Sequence record: OM632668.1
Reading direction: 5' to 3' (one strand)
DNA: 44,569 nt
From: Escherichia phage BEU35
Under the pieces are notes generated by a model that was given only the letters and a program-made list of their open reading frames with translations, made no database searches and was not told the DNA's origin. Numbering within the stretch: position 1 is the first letter of the stretch; every line of letters starts with the position of its first letter. Both the position numbers and the translations under genes were made by a program. Below, one piece after another: positions 9,515-19,032 of this stretch.

Positions 9515-10641
9515 CCCAGCATCTCCGGTGAAATAGTTAAACGTGCGACCTCGCCATATTCGGCGCTATAAGTAATTACATTTGCACTGCGGCCCGACAT
9601 CCATCCGCCGCGAGAGGCGTAGGCGTCTTTAGCCGCTAAGGTGCGGTGTTGCTCAACAATCATGTTACGGCTTTCTACAATCTTCTGGTGGTGCAGATGG
9701 CCTACGTGGGCGTAGCTGTAAACACTCTCGCCGAACGCTTTACGGAACTTGGCAATCATAACCGGTTCGATAGCGTCGAATCGTGCTTTATGCCCGTGAT
9801 GGAAGAACAGCGTCGTTTTGCCGTGTTGCACCATCTTGTAAACATCCGGCGACGTATCGACGAACACGCGCGGCTCATTGTCGTACAGCGTACTGAACAT
9901 CTCAGCCAACCAAATCATACCCGATTCGTCGTGATTCCCTTGCACGATAAGCAAGCGAACATTTTTATGCTTAACCAACGCCATATCAACGACACGGCGG
10001 ACCATACGAATCATGTAACGGACCAGTTTCTGATAGCGCGTGTCAGCGTCAAGGACATGACCGCTTGCGGGCGTAACGGCATCAAGACTATCGAAGTGCG
10101 CTAAGTCACCAAGAAGATTGATAACCCCAGTACCGGCATCCGGTGCTTTCTGGAATGCTGCATCGAACCAACGAGAGAACAGGTCTTCCGCAATCTTCAT
10201 GTCCCAGTCGTCGCCGCTCTCGTCGGCCCAGGCCAGCATACCGAGATGGAAATCGGATACAGTGTAAAGATTGAGCAGCTTATCGTCCCGTTTGGCACGA
10301 ACGGCTTTAACAGGTGCAACGGGCGTAATCTCCGATTTCATGCCTTCGATCACGGCTTTCATCAATTCAACCTGACGTTCGGCGTCAGTGTCGGTCTTAA
10401 CCCATTGCAACTTAGTGTTGCCGAACTCATCCACCAGTGACGACGTTCCTTTAATCTTATAGCCGTCCGGGACAAGGTGGCTAACATCACGTCCGTGACC
10501 TACACCTTTCTTAGCCAGCTTCGCTTTACGGATACGAATTACGCGGTCTGAGATGCCGTATTTACGGGCGATGTCTACATTCTTCATTCCGGCGTTCAAT
10601 TCTTCCTGTAACTGTTCGTCGGTTATTTTCTTCCGGGCCAT
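9511..10641 (-). CDS. metallophosphoesterase (calcineurin-like) with N-terminal helix-turn-helix
   Basis: Motifs SDFHLG, GDLAHFD, GNHDE, HVGHLHH in canonical order; N-terminal HTH-like segment. Confidence 0.7.
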   Translation of the reverse strand: MARKKITDEQLQEELNAGMKNVDIARKYGISDRVIRIRKAKLAKKGVGHGRDVSHLVPDGYKIKGTSSLVDEFGNTKLQWVKTDTDAERQVELMKAVIEGMKSEITPVAPVKAVRAKRDDKLLNLYTVSDFHLGMLAWADESGDDWDMKIAEDLFSRWFDAAFQKAPDAGTGVINLLGDLAHFDSLDAVTPASGHVLDADTRYQKLVRYMIRMVRRVVDMALVKHKNVRLLIVQGNHDESGMIWLAEMFSTLYDNEPRVFVDTSPDVYKMVQHGKTTLFFHHGHKARFDAIEPVMIAKFRKAFGESVYSYAHVGHLHHQKIVESRNMIVEQHRTLAAKDAYASRGGWMSGRSANVITYSAEYGEVARLTISPEMLG

Positions 10642-10679
10642 GCTTACTTCCTCGTGTTTAGGATTTGTCTTATAGTAGC

Positions 10680-10871
10680 CTACTTCTCTTTCACGTTCGA
10701 GTTACAAGCCCAGATTAAAATGAATACCCACGGCAACAGAACCCACCCGAGAAATAAGTTAGCCATGAATATCGCTAGCTTTGCTTTATGGTTTCGCATA
10801 TGGGCCACAAAAAACGGGATAAAATAAACGCCTACAACAATAATTAAAAAGAACATAGCGATACCGGTCAT
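10680..10871 (-). CDS. small membrane protein (two predicted TM helices); start taken at internal ATG with AGGAG RBS
   Basis: Hydrophobic segments FFLIIVVGVYFIPFFVA and LFLGWVLLPWVFILIWA. Confidence 0.45.
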   Translation of the reverse strand: MTGIAMFFLIIVVGVYFIPFFVAHMRNHKAKLAIFMANLFLGWVLLPWVFILIWACNSNVKEK

Positions 10872-11049
10872 AACATAACTCCTGATTTGAGATAACATCG
10901 TTGGTGTAAGTGAATAGTACGCTATTATATTGGGGAGTGCAAGTAGTGTGCTAGAATAATTTTGCGCCTAGTGTCGCACACGAAAAGCGGGTGGTTCCCG
11001 TCTGGCGCATTTCCTTTAACCAGTAACCTCTTAACCAAAGGATTAAAGA

Positions 11050-11466
11050 ATGAAACTTTCTGATTTTTATTACGAAGCGGAAGCCGAAAAGGGCGCACGT
11101 ATGCCGATACCGCTAAAAGACGGTACTGATTCCGGGGAATGGCTTAATGTTGTTTCTCCTGAGGCGGACGTTGCCGTTAAGGCTATGCGCGCGTTCACCC
11201 TTGCATACCGGGCAGTATTAGGGAAATTAAAACCGCTTCGTGATAAGTGCGAAGAGATGAAAGATTTCTCTGAATACAACCTGAAGATGGAAGACGCGGC
11301 GACGGACCTTAACCGTCAGTTAGCGATTGAATTGGTTAACGGGTGGAGCCTTGACGACGAATTCAATAAAGAGAATCTGAACACACTCCTGACGCAATAT
11401 AAACGACTCGCGGAACTTGTTGTTGTGTTTCATAACGAACAACTGCACCAGCTACAGGAAAAGTAG
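11050..11466 (+). CDS. tail assembly chaperone (G-like)
   Basis: Immediately upstream of tape measure gene; downstream ORF open in the -1 frame. Confidence 0.55.
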   Translation: MKLSDFYYEAEAEKGARMPIPLKDGTDSGEWLNVVSPEADVAVKAMRAFTLAYRAVLGKLKPLRDKCEEMKDFSEYNLKMEDAATDLNRQLAIELVNGWSLDDEFNKENLNTLLTQYKRLAELVVVFHNEQLHQLQEK

Positions 11467-11471
11467 ACGCG

Positions 11472-11831
11472 TTGCTCCAGTTCGCCCGTTGGAACTTCAT
11501 AACCCGCCACAAACGGCGGGAATTTGACAGTATCGCCGATGGGCATAAAGCCGCGCTAATTGCTATGGGGGTTATGCAAGACGCGCCGGATGCAACGCAG
11601 GCCGCTGGGCCGGAATGCCCCCCTGAGCTATTAACCACATTTGAGAAGTACAGGGAAATTAAATTCACCCGCCGAGTGGACGACGACGGCATCAAGATGT
11701 ACCCGCGCGAGCAATTACGATGGTCAGATTTAGTGGCGTACAGCACCGTTTCAGGCCAGAATATAGGGATGTTCGAATCCGACATCATCATGAGCTTAGA
11801 CGCTATTTTCGAGGGTAGAAACGATGGCTGA
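11472..11831 (+). CDS. tail assembly chaperone extension (T-like), probably made as a G-T fusion by -1 frameshift
   Basis: Open in -1 frame from 11436, overlaps the G stop and the tape measure start. Confidence 0.45.
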   Translation: MLQFARWNFITRHKRREFDSIADGHKAALIAMGVMQDAPDATQAAGPECPPELLTTFEKYREIKFTRRVDDDGIKMYPREQLRWSDLVAYSTVSGQNIGMFESDIIMSLDAIFEGRNDG

Positions 11832-14163
11832 TGTAGCTAGTTTAGTAGTAAAAGTAACAGAGCAAGGCGCGAAAGCCACATCAGACCGTCTTGACAACCT
11901 TTCAAAGTCCGCAAAAGTAGCGGGGGCCGCCGTAGCAGGCCTTGCTTCTATCGTAGCGGCTACCGCGTATAAAGCTGCCCAAGAACTGGTTGACTCACAG
12001 CGGCAACTGGACAAGATGTCCGCCAGTTTGAAGACCTTAACAGGAAGTACCCAAGGTGCTAAACAGGCGCTAAGTATCCTGCAAGATTTTGCCCGCGATA
12101 CCCCATACGGACTGGAGCAGGCGGTGGAAGGCTTCCGTAAGCTGGTGGCCCTTGGCCTTACCCCATCCGAGGAGGCGTTGCGGTCCTACGGCAATACCGC
12201 ATCGGCTATGGGCAAGGACCTTAATCAGATGATTGAGGCGGTAGCCGACGCCAGTACGTTTGAGTTCGAACGCCTAAAAGAATTCGGCATCAAAGCCAAG
12301 CAGAACAAAAACGACGTAGAGTTTACATTCCAGGGGACAACAACCGTAGTTAAGAAAAGCGCTGCCGATATTGAGCAGTATTTACTTAATATTGGTAACG
12401 TAAATTTTGCCGGTGCCATGGCGGACCAGGCCAACACCCTTAATGGCGCTATCGCGAGCGCCAGTGACTCATGGTCGCAGCTAAAAATGACGCTTGCCAC
12501 CAGTCTTGATGTTGGCGCACTTGCGGAACCTATCAGGTATATCGATGACTTGATCCAGGAATTAAACGCGTCTGTTGCTTCCGGTGAATTAGCCGCTGAA
12601 ATGCAGATGTGGGGCGACATAGCGTCGGAAGTAGGAAGCGCTATCGAGATGTCATTCGACGCTGCGTTTGGCTTTGTTGGTGATGCCATCAACGGGCTTA
12701 ATGAACTGTGGGATTTCAGCAGCAAGAGTATTACCGATAGCGGAGAACAAACGGCCACCACCATCGCTGAATCCGCCGCCGATGCTCTTGACTTCATCGC
12801 GGAAGAGTTCACCGCGATGGAGAGATTCTTTGAAGATATGGTTAAAGGTGCTCAGGACGCTGGCCGTCTTGTACGCGCCGCTTTTACCCCCGGGGAATCA
12901 GTAGACGTAGCTAAAAATATCAACTTCCAGCTTGGCATGGCTTTGGATACCCAGCGCGATGTCGCCGACGTTACGCGTAAAAGTTTCCGCGAACAGGTAG
13001 AAGCTCAACAGGATATTGTAGCGTTAAAACGCGCGGCGTATGACATCGATAAGGAGTCCGCAAAAGCTGAGGGGTTAAACAAATTTAAGGTAACCGGAAC
13101 CGGCGGCGGTTCTGACGATGACGGGTCAGCCGCAAAAGCCGCTAAGAAAGCAGCGGACGCGTTCGAGCGCCAGAAAAAGGCGGCGGAAGACTTCTACTAT
13201 CAGTCAATCCATCTTAATGATGACGTATTTCAGAAAATAGAAGCTAACCAGGAAGAGCAACTGTCTAAGTTGCAGGATTTTTATAGCAATAAGCTTCTTA
13301 GCGACCAACAGTACGAAAACGCCAAGACGCAGATTATGCTCTCTGCCGAACAGGCCCGCCAGGAAGAACTGGACAAGAAAAGGAAAGAAGCCCAGGAGAA
13401 GCAGCAGAAAGGTGATGATTTCATGGCTCAGATTATGGGCCAGAACGCCGCTGAGCTTGAGCTTCTCGACATCCAGGAACAGCAGAAACTGGCGGTCGCA
13501 GATAAGTACCGTGAGCAAGGGCTTATTAGTGAGAAGCAGTATCAGGCTGCGCTTAATGCCATCAACGAGCAGTACGCCACGAAGCGTGCCGACGCAACGG
13601 CAACGGCCTTCGGTAACATGGCCTCAAACATCGGGTCTGCGTTGGGCGAAGCCTCTGGTGCGTATAAGGCATTCGCTATCGTACAGGCCACCATAGCCAC
13701 TTACACCGCGGCTATCGAGGCGTACAAGTCCACGGCGGCTATCCCTGTAGTTGGCCCATTCCTGGCTCCTGTAGCTGCCGCCGCTGCCGTTGGGGCGGGT
13801 ATGGCGCAGATTTCCGCTATCAGGTCCGCACGTGAACAGGGCGGACAGTTATCCGCGGGGCAGGCTTCAACCATCGCCGAACGCGGTAAACCAGAAGTTA
13901 TCATGCCCGCTGGTGCGTCACGTGTACGCACCGCACAGCAGATGAAAGAAATTATGGGGCAAAACGGGTCTTCTTCCGGACCGTCTAATGTTACTATCGT
14001 AAACAACACGAGTTCTCAAATCGGCAACGTATCCACTGAGCAAGATGATGAAGGCCGTTTGCGTATCATCATCGAGGAGCAAGTGGCTGCCTCTTTGCAG
14101 AACAGTAACAGTAAGATTAGCAAGGCCCGCAAGGCCACAAGAAATGCGCCGGGGTTTAAATAA
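11824..14163 (+). CDS. tail tape measure protein
   Basis: 779 aa, long alpha-helical/coiled-coil composition, Gly/Ala-rich segment, position after G/T. Confidence 0.8.
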   Translation: MADVASLVVKVTEQGAKATSDRLDNLSKSAKVAGAAVAGLASIVAATAYKAAQELVDSQRQLDKMSASLKTLTGSTQGAKQALSILQDFARDTPYGLEQAVEGFRKLVALGLTPSEEALRSYGNTASAMGKDLNQMIEAVADASTFEFERLKEFGIKAKQNKNDVEFTFQGTTTVVKKSAADIEQYLLNIGNVNFAGAMADQANTLNGAIASASDSWSQLKMTLATSLDVGALAEPIRYIDDLIQELNASVASGELAAEMQMWGDIASEVGSAIEMSFDAAFGFVGDAINGLNELWDFSSKSITDSGEQTATTIAESAADALDFIAEEFTAMERFFEDMVKGAQDAGRLVRAAFTPGESVDVAKNINFQLGMALDTQRDVADVTRKSFREQVEAQQDIVALKRAAYDIDKESAKAEGLNKFKVTGTGGGSDDDGSAAKAAKKAADAFERQKKAAEDFYYQSIHLNDDVFQKIEANQEEQLSKLQDFYSNKLLSDQQYENAKTQIMLSAEQARQEELDKKRKEAQEKQQKGDDFMAQIMGQNAAELELLDIQEQQKLAVADKYREQGLISEKQYQAALNAINEQYATKRADATATAFGNMASNIGSALGEASGAYKAFAIVQATIATYTAAIEAYKSTAAIPVVGPFLAPVAAAAAVGAGMAQISAIRSAREQGGQLSAGQASTIAERGKPEVIMPAGASRVRTAQQMKEIMGQNGSSSGPSNVTIVNNTSSQIGNVSTEQDDEGRLRIIIEEQVAASLQNSNSKISKARKATRNAPGFK

Positions 14164-15581
14164 TGAGCGACTTATACTTTCCACGTAGCCTTAAGCCGGT
14201 GGTATCAAAAGGCTACTCAATGACCAGACGTAACAACGTCTGGAGTGTAGATTTAGCCGGTGGCGGAGTGCGTCAAGGCCGTGACACGTATTATGATGTG
14301 TTCCCAATAAGCGTAACCCTGATTACATCCGCAATGGGGCGGCAGGCGTTTCTGTCGTTCCTCGAGAAAGTCGATGGTGGCGCGTCAAGTTTCTGGATGG
14401 CGCACGACTTCGGCATGGGTATTGAGGATTATCAAGTCACCATTACATCCACCGTCGCCGAGTCCACTGAAGACGGGATTAACTGGACAATTACTTTCAC
14501 GGCAACCGCTGAGAAATCACCGTTCCAGGACCTCGAGAACCAGTGTCTGATTAACAATCTGCCAGATTTGTATGGCTGTTATGGTGATTGCCTGGGCAGT
14601 TTCCTGAAAATATACGCGAACTACGAGACTACGTTCCCACGCATCTGGAGTAATGAAGGGCCTGCGGGATACCCGCCAATTAACCTTCTGGCGTCCGCGC
14701 TGGATAGCCGCATTGTTTATGAGGGGCCACAGGTATACCACATCAACCGAAACGGCAATCTTGTGCCATCAGCCGCAAATGAATGGCCCCTTACGTTTAT
14801 TGACGGGGTTGCTGTTGGGCGTGTGCCACCAGAAGGCGGTTCTATTAACTACCAGATAGGCGGGTTAGGTATTGGGTGGGTACATACTTTCAACCGTATA
14901 CCACTAACATCAACAGAGGACAGTGTATATCAAGGCAACCTGGCGGGCACAGTCACCCCAACAGCAGAAAATAACAGCCATTTCTTGTATGCCGAATCGC
15001 TGGGGGATTCAGTAATAGATGTTGGGGAAACATATACTGCTACGGTAATTCTTAAGGCGAATGGTGTCCAGTTTATTCAGGTTTATTGGAACGCAGGTAG
15101 CACAGGGATTTCATCGCACTACTCTAACTTCGACCTTATTAATAAAGCTGTATCAGGCACGGCGACATCGGCTTTCGTAACTGAAATATCTGATGGGTGG
15201 GTTCTATGCTCAACTACCACAACCGCGACAGGAGACGGTTCTGCACTATCCTCCATCGCGGTGGCAAGCGTACCGTCTATGACGTCTACCAGACTCCCGT
15301 CTTACGCATCGGATGGAGCATCTTCTTTTTCAGTTGCGTCCGCTCAGGTTGAAAAAAAACCATTTGCCACGTCGCCGATAGTAACTGACGCATCACCATC
15401 CGCCCGCCCGGCGGCATCGGCAAAAGTAGCAATGAACGGCGCAACAAGCATCGACATTACCTATTCTGACGGCACTGTGGTAAACATTCCAGCGATTGGA
15501 GATTACGCCGCCATCCCACAGGCTGATTCTGCGTGGGGCAGTAAATACATCACTCGTATTGATTTTAATGTGGGCGGTTAA
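14163..15581 (+). CDS. distal tail protein (lambda M-like N-terminus with C-terminal extension)
   Basis: ATGA overlap with tape measure stop; gene order. Confidence 0.5.
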   Translation: MSDLYFPRSLKPVVSKGYSMTRRNNVWSVDLAGGGVRQGRDTYYDVFPISVTLITSAMGRQAFLSFLEKVDGGASSFWMAHDFGMGIEDYQVTITSTVAESTEDGINWTITFTATAEKSPFQDLENQCLINNLPDLYGCYGDCLGSFLKIYANYETTFPRIWSNEGPAGYPPINLLASALDSRIVYEGPQVYHINRNGNLVPSAANEWPLTFIDGVAVGRVPPEGGSINYQIGGLGIGWVHTFNRIPLTSTEDSVYQGNLAGTVTPTAENNSHFLYAESLGDSVIDVGETYTATVILKANGVQFIQVYWNAGSTGISSHYSNFDLINKAVSGTATSAFVTEISDGWVLCSTTTTATGDGSALSSIAVASVPSMTSTRLPSYASDGASSFSVASAQVEKKPFATSPIVTDASPSARPAASAKVAMNGATSIDITYSDGTVVNIPAIGDYAAIPQADSAWGSKYITRIDFNVGG

Positions 15582-15584
15582 CTT

Positions 15585-16100
15585 ATGAGTCAGGAATCAG
15601 TAGAAGCAGCCTACCGCCGTAAGCTGGCCTCAAACCCCGACGGCGAGATTGACTACACGACGCTGGAGATAGTGCATCCGCTTCTTTCGAAGCGGTATTT
15701 ACTTGTGCGCGGGCTACAGGAACTTACGGCAACACTGGAGACAGGCGAAACTATCACATTCGAACCTACCCCGATGGAGGCGTCGGGGGCGGCTAACAAC
15801 AGTGATATGGACCAGACGACAACATTCACTCTGCCGGATATTCTCAATCAACTGGATGATGAGATGGATAAAATCCCGATGAGTAATACCGAGTTACCGA
15901 AGTTCATATTCCGCCGTTACGTCAGCACTGACCTGTCTTACCCGGCTGACGGCCCTGTCGTGTACGAGTTACAGGCCATTAATCAGGAGAAGGGCGAGTT
16001 CTCCGCAGATGTCGGTACACCTATGCTGAACCAACGAAGCACTGGTATACTGATGACACCTAAAGAGATACCGTTATTACGCGGCCTGTTGACCACATGA
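15585..16100 (+). CDS. minor tail protein
   Basis: Gene order in tail tip block. Confidence 0.4.
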   Translation: MSQESVEAAYRRKLASNPDGEIDYTTLEIVHPLLSKRYLLVRGLQELTATLETGETITFEPTPMEASGAANNSDMDQTTTFTLPDILNQLDDEMDKIPMSNTELPKFIFRRYVSTDLSYPADGPVVYELQAINQEKGEFSADVGTPMLNQRSTGILMTPKEIPLLRGLLTT

Positions 16101-16462
16101 ATATTAACGACTACACGGGAATACCTTACGACTTTCGCAAACGCAATTGCTGGCATCACGTTCGCATTGTACGGGCCGATGCCGGGTTAGAAACCCCGGC
16201 GTTCGACGTTACAAGCCCAACGGCGATTAACGAAGCGTTCGACGAAGGCCATCGTGACACGAAGGGGCTTACGAAGATTGATAAGCCTGAAAACTTCTGT
16301 GCGGTGCTTATGGGGTATCGCCGTGGCGGTCGTATCGTGTGGCACGCGGGAGTTTACTTCGACGGGATGGTGAGTCATTGCGAGCTTGCGTCCCGTCAGG
16401 TACGACTTGACCGGCTGGCGGACCTCAGAGACACGTACACGGAGATTGAATTTTGGCGATAA
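16097..16462 (+). CDS. tail assembly protein with NlpC/P60-like Cys-His peptidase motif (lambda K-like)
   Basis: NCWHHVRIV catalytic-Cys-like motif and downstream His; gene order. Confidence 0.5.
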   Translation: MNINDYTGIPYDFRKRNCWHHVRIVRADAGLETPAFDVTSPTAINEAFDEGHRDTKGLTKIDKPENFCAVLMGYRRGGRIVWHAGVYFDGMVSHCELASRQVRLDRLADLRDTYTEIEFWR

Positions 16463-19020
16463 TCCTGCACTACACGCGAAATGCCGACGGGGCTTTCGAC
16501 CGTACAAAACACGTCGGGATGCCGATGGAGTTTGTCGTTAACCGTATCCCGGACGGCGTTCCGGTACGCGTCTATCTTGGCGAGATTGGTGATGATACTG
16601 ATGTTACAGACGACTTCGACGCGCTCAAAGACGAGGACGCCGTGTACCACATTATTGAGGGCGCTGGCGGCGGCATTGGCGACGCCATCGGGAGTGTATT
16701 CAGTTTCATCCTTAAGCCAATCGCCAAATTGTTCGGGCTAAACACAGCGGCTAACGCTAATTATTCCGCTACCAACAATCAGGCTACGTCGCCTAACAAC
16801 AGTCTCACCGACCGCTCAAACAAGCCACGACCTTATGAGCGTTCTTATGATATCTGCGGGACAGTGCAGACCATCCCCAATGACCTGATGCAGACATATA
16901 AGGTGTTTAATGCCGCGGGTGCGCTTATTGAATATGCGTACTATGACGCCGGTCGAGGGTATCTGCATATTGAGGAAGACGGTGTAACGGAGGCGGATAC
17001 CCGAATCAGCGAGATAACTGGCTCGTCGGTGGCGGTGTATTCCCCTTACACTTCGCCGAATAACACCAACGCCCCACAATTGCATATTGGCGACCCGATA
17101 GACCAGAAATTGTACGTTACATTTAAAAACGCCGATGTCGATGGCGCTGTTCTTCCCGCCCCTAATGATATCGCTATAGACGTGCAGGACTACACTGTCC
17201 AGCGGCAGGGAACAACCGGCGTTGTAATAGGCGATGACGCTGGTTTCGATGAGTTTTTGGCTGTCGGAGACCTGGCATATTTCGATAACGTATATGCGGA
17301 CACAACTCCTGGGTCTTTAGGTAATGAGGTTAACTTAGACGGGAGGTACACTGTTCTTTCGGTTAGTGAAACCACCCTTATTGTGGACGTCAGTACAAAT
17401 CAATCAGTATGGAACCAGCTAGGGGCGTCTGTGTGGTTTATAGGTGAAGAGGGTAACCATCTTATAGGCCCGGCGGACACTTACGCGGCTTCTCTCTCTG
17501 AATGGGCGTACATCACCCGCGGTACTGTCGACCGTGTTGTAGCCAATGTCGCCGCCAGCAACGGCATGTATAAATACAACGGCGACTATAACCGCGCTTC
17601 AGTGACAGTGGAACTGCAATACCAGATGGTTGATGAGCTGAAACAGCCTGTAGGTGATATGTTCACCGTGCAAGGCACTGTTACAGGGAGAAACACCGAT
17701 TACACTGGTATTACCCTATACGGAAGCTTGCCTACCGCTTCCAGATTCCGCGCCCGTATGCGCCGTGTTTCCGATACTGATAAAGATTTTGAGGGTACTG
17801 TTAGCGACGAGGTTACTTTCACTAATCTGTACGGGCAGTCACTGGATACAACCCCGCACTACGGCAACCGCACTACTATACACTGCGCTCGTAAACAAAC
17901 CCCACGTGCCGCCGAGGTGTCAGAACCGGAACTGCGCATGATTGCTACCGAGATGTGCTACAAATACTTAGGTAACGGCGTATTCGATACGGTAATGACA
18001 CCGAACACTCAGGCCGTGCAGTCGCTAATCAGGCTGGCGCGTGACCCTGTGGTGGGTAATCTGGAACTGACAACGGCAAATATGGACAAGTTACTTGCCG
18101 TGCAGGAAGAAATTGAGTCGTATTTTGGCAGTGAATTAGCCGGGCAGTTCTGCTACACGTTCGACGACTACGACACCACGATGCAGGACATCGTTCATAC
18201 CATCGCGGAAGCCGTTTTCTGTACTGCGTACCGTAAAGGTGCGGATATTATGCTGCGATTTGATCGTCCGGTTGCGGGGCCCGAAATGGTGTTCACCCAC
18301 CGCAGCAAAACTACTGGTACAGAGAAATGGACGCGCACGTTCAACGATTCGACAACCTATGATAGCCTGTCGTTCTCATACATCGACCCGGATACTAACG
18401 TACAGGAAACGATTTATATCCCGGAAGAACTCGGCGCGAACACCGAGGAATATGAATCGAAGGGCGTACGTAACTATCAGCAGGCATATTGGCTGGCGTG
18501 GCGTCGCTACCAGCGCAACGCGTTAAGTAAAGTTGTCGTAGAGTTCGAAGCTACCGAAGAGGGTGCACTCGCTACACCGGGTGGTGTAATCAGCGTGGTT
18601 AAAGGTTCACGTATCGCGCCTCAGGATGGTTATGTTGTTGCCGTTAATGGGCTTACGCTGACACTGTCGCAACCTGTTACGTTTACCCCCGGCGATGACC
18701 ACTCCATCATCCTCAAGAAGCGCGATGGCTCCGTGCAGAGTATTTCTGTTATCAAAGGAAGCCACGACCGCGAGGTGATTATGCTCTCCGCGCCGGAGGA
18801 GGCAATCTACACGGGGAATAGCGCACTAAAAACTGAGTTTTCATTCGGCAACGAAGCAAGGCATAATGCTCAGAAGATAGTTGTTTCTTCAATCGACCCC
18901 GGCGACGACCGCACGGTCAAGATTACTGGTTACAACTATGACGACGGATTCTATAAATACGACGGCGTCGCGCCATACGGCAGCAGCTTCTCCGACGGAT
19001 TCAGCAATGGTTTTAATTAA
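16453..19020 (+). CDS. tail tip / central fiber protein (lambda J-like, host specificity)
   Basis: 855 aa, follows K-like gene. Confidence 0.55.
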   Translation: MAIILHYTRNADGAFDRTKHVGMPMEFVVNRIPDGVPVRVYLGEIGDDTDVTDDFDALKDEDAVYHIIEGAGGGIGDAIGSVFSFILKPIAKLFGLNTAANANYSATNNQATSPNNSLTDRSNKPRPYERSYDICGTVQTIPNDLMQTYKVFNAAGALIEYAYYDAGRGYLHIEEDGVTEADTRISEITGSSVAVYSPYTSPNNTNAPQLHIGDPIDQKLYVTFKNADVDGAVLPAPNDIAIDVQDYTVQRQGTTGVVIGDDAGFDEFLAVGDLAYFDNVYADTTPGSLGNEVNLDGRYTVLSVSETTLIVDVSTNQSVWNQLGASVWFIGEEGNHLIGPADTYAASLSEWAYITRGTVDRVVANVAASNGMYKYNGDYNRASVTVELQYQMVDELKQPVGDMFTVQGTVTGRNTDYTGITLYGSLPTASRFRARMRRVSDTDKDFEGTVSDEVTFTNLYGQSLDTTPHYGNRTTIHCARKQTPRAAEVSEPELRMIATEMCYKYLGNGVFDTVMTPNTQAVQSLIRLARDPVVGNLELTTANMDKLLAVQEEIESYFGSELAGQFCYTFDDYDTTMQDIVHTIAEAVFCTAYRKGADIMLRFDRPVAGPEMVFTHRSKTTGTEKWTRTFNDSTTYDSLSFSYIDPDTNVQETIYIPEELGANTEEYESKGVRNYQQAYWLAWRRYQRNALSKVVVEFEATEEGALATPGGVISVVKGSRIAPQDGYVVAVNGLTLTLSQPVTFTPGDDHSIILKKRDGSVQSISVIKGSHDREVIMLSAPEEAIYTGNSALKTEFSFGNEARHNAQKIVVSSIDPGDDRTVKITGYNYDDGFYKYDGVAPYGSSFSDGFSNGFN

Positions 19021-19032
19021 AGAGGACTCTAT

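Noticed and set aside
12225-12812. 195-codon minus-strand ORF inside the tape measure gene
   Set aside because: Antisense to a gene with strong positional and compositional support; Ser/Ala-rich junk translation.
13200-13560. Repetitive K/E/Q-rich stretch that could be mistaken for a tandem DNA repeat
   Set aside because: It is the coiled-coil coding region of the tape measure protein; no fixed-period direct repeats with spacers, so not a CRISPR or satellite array.
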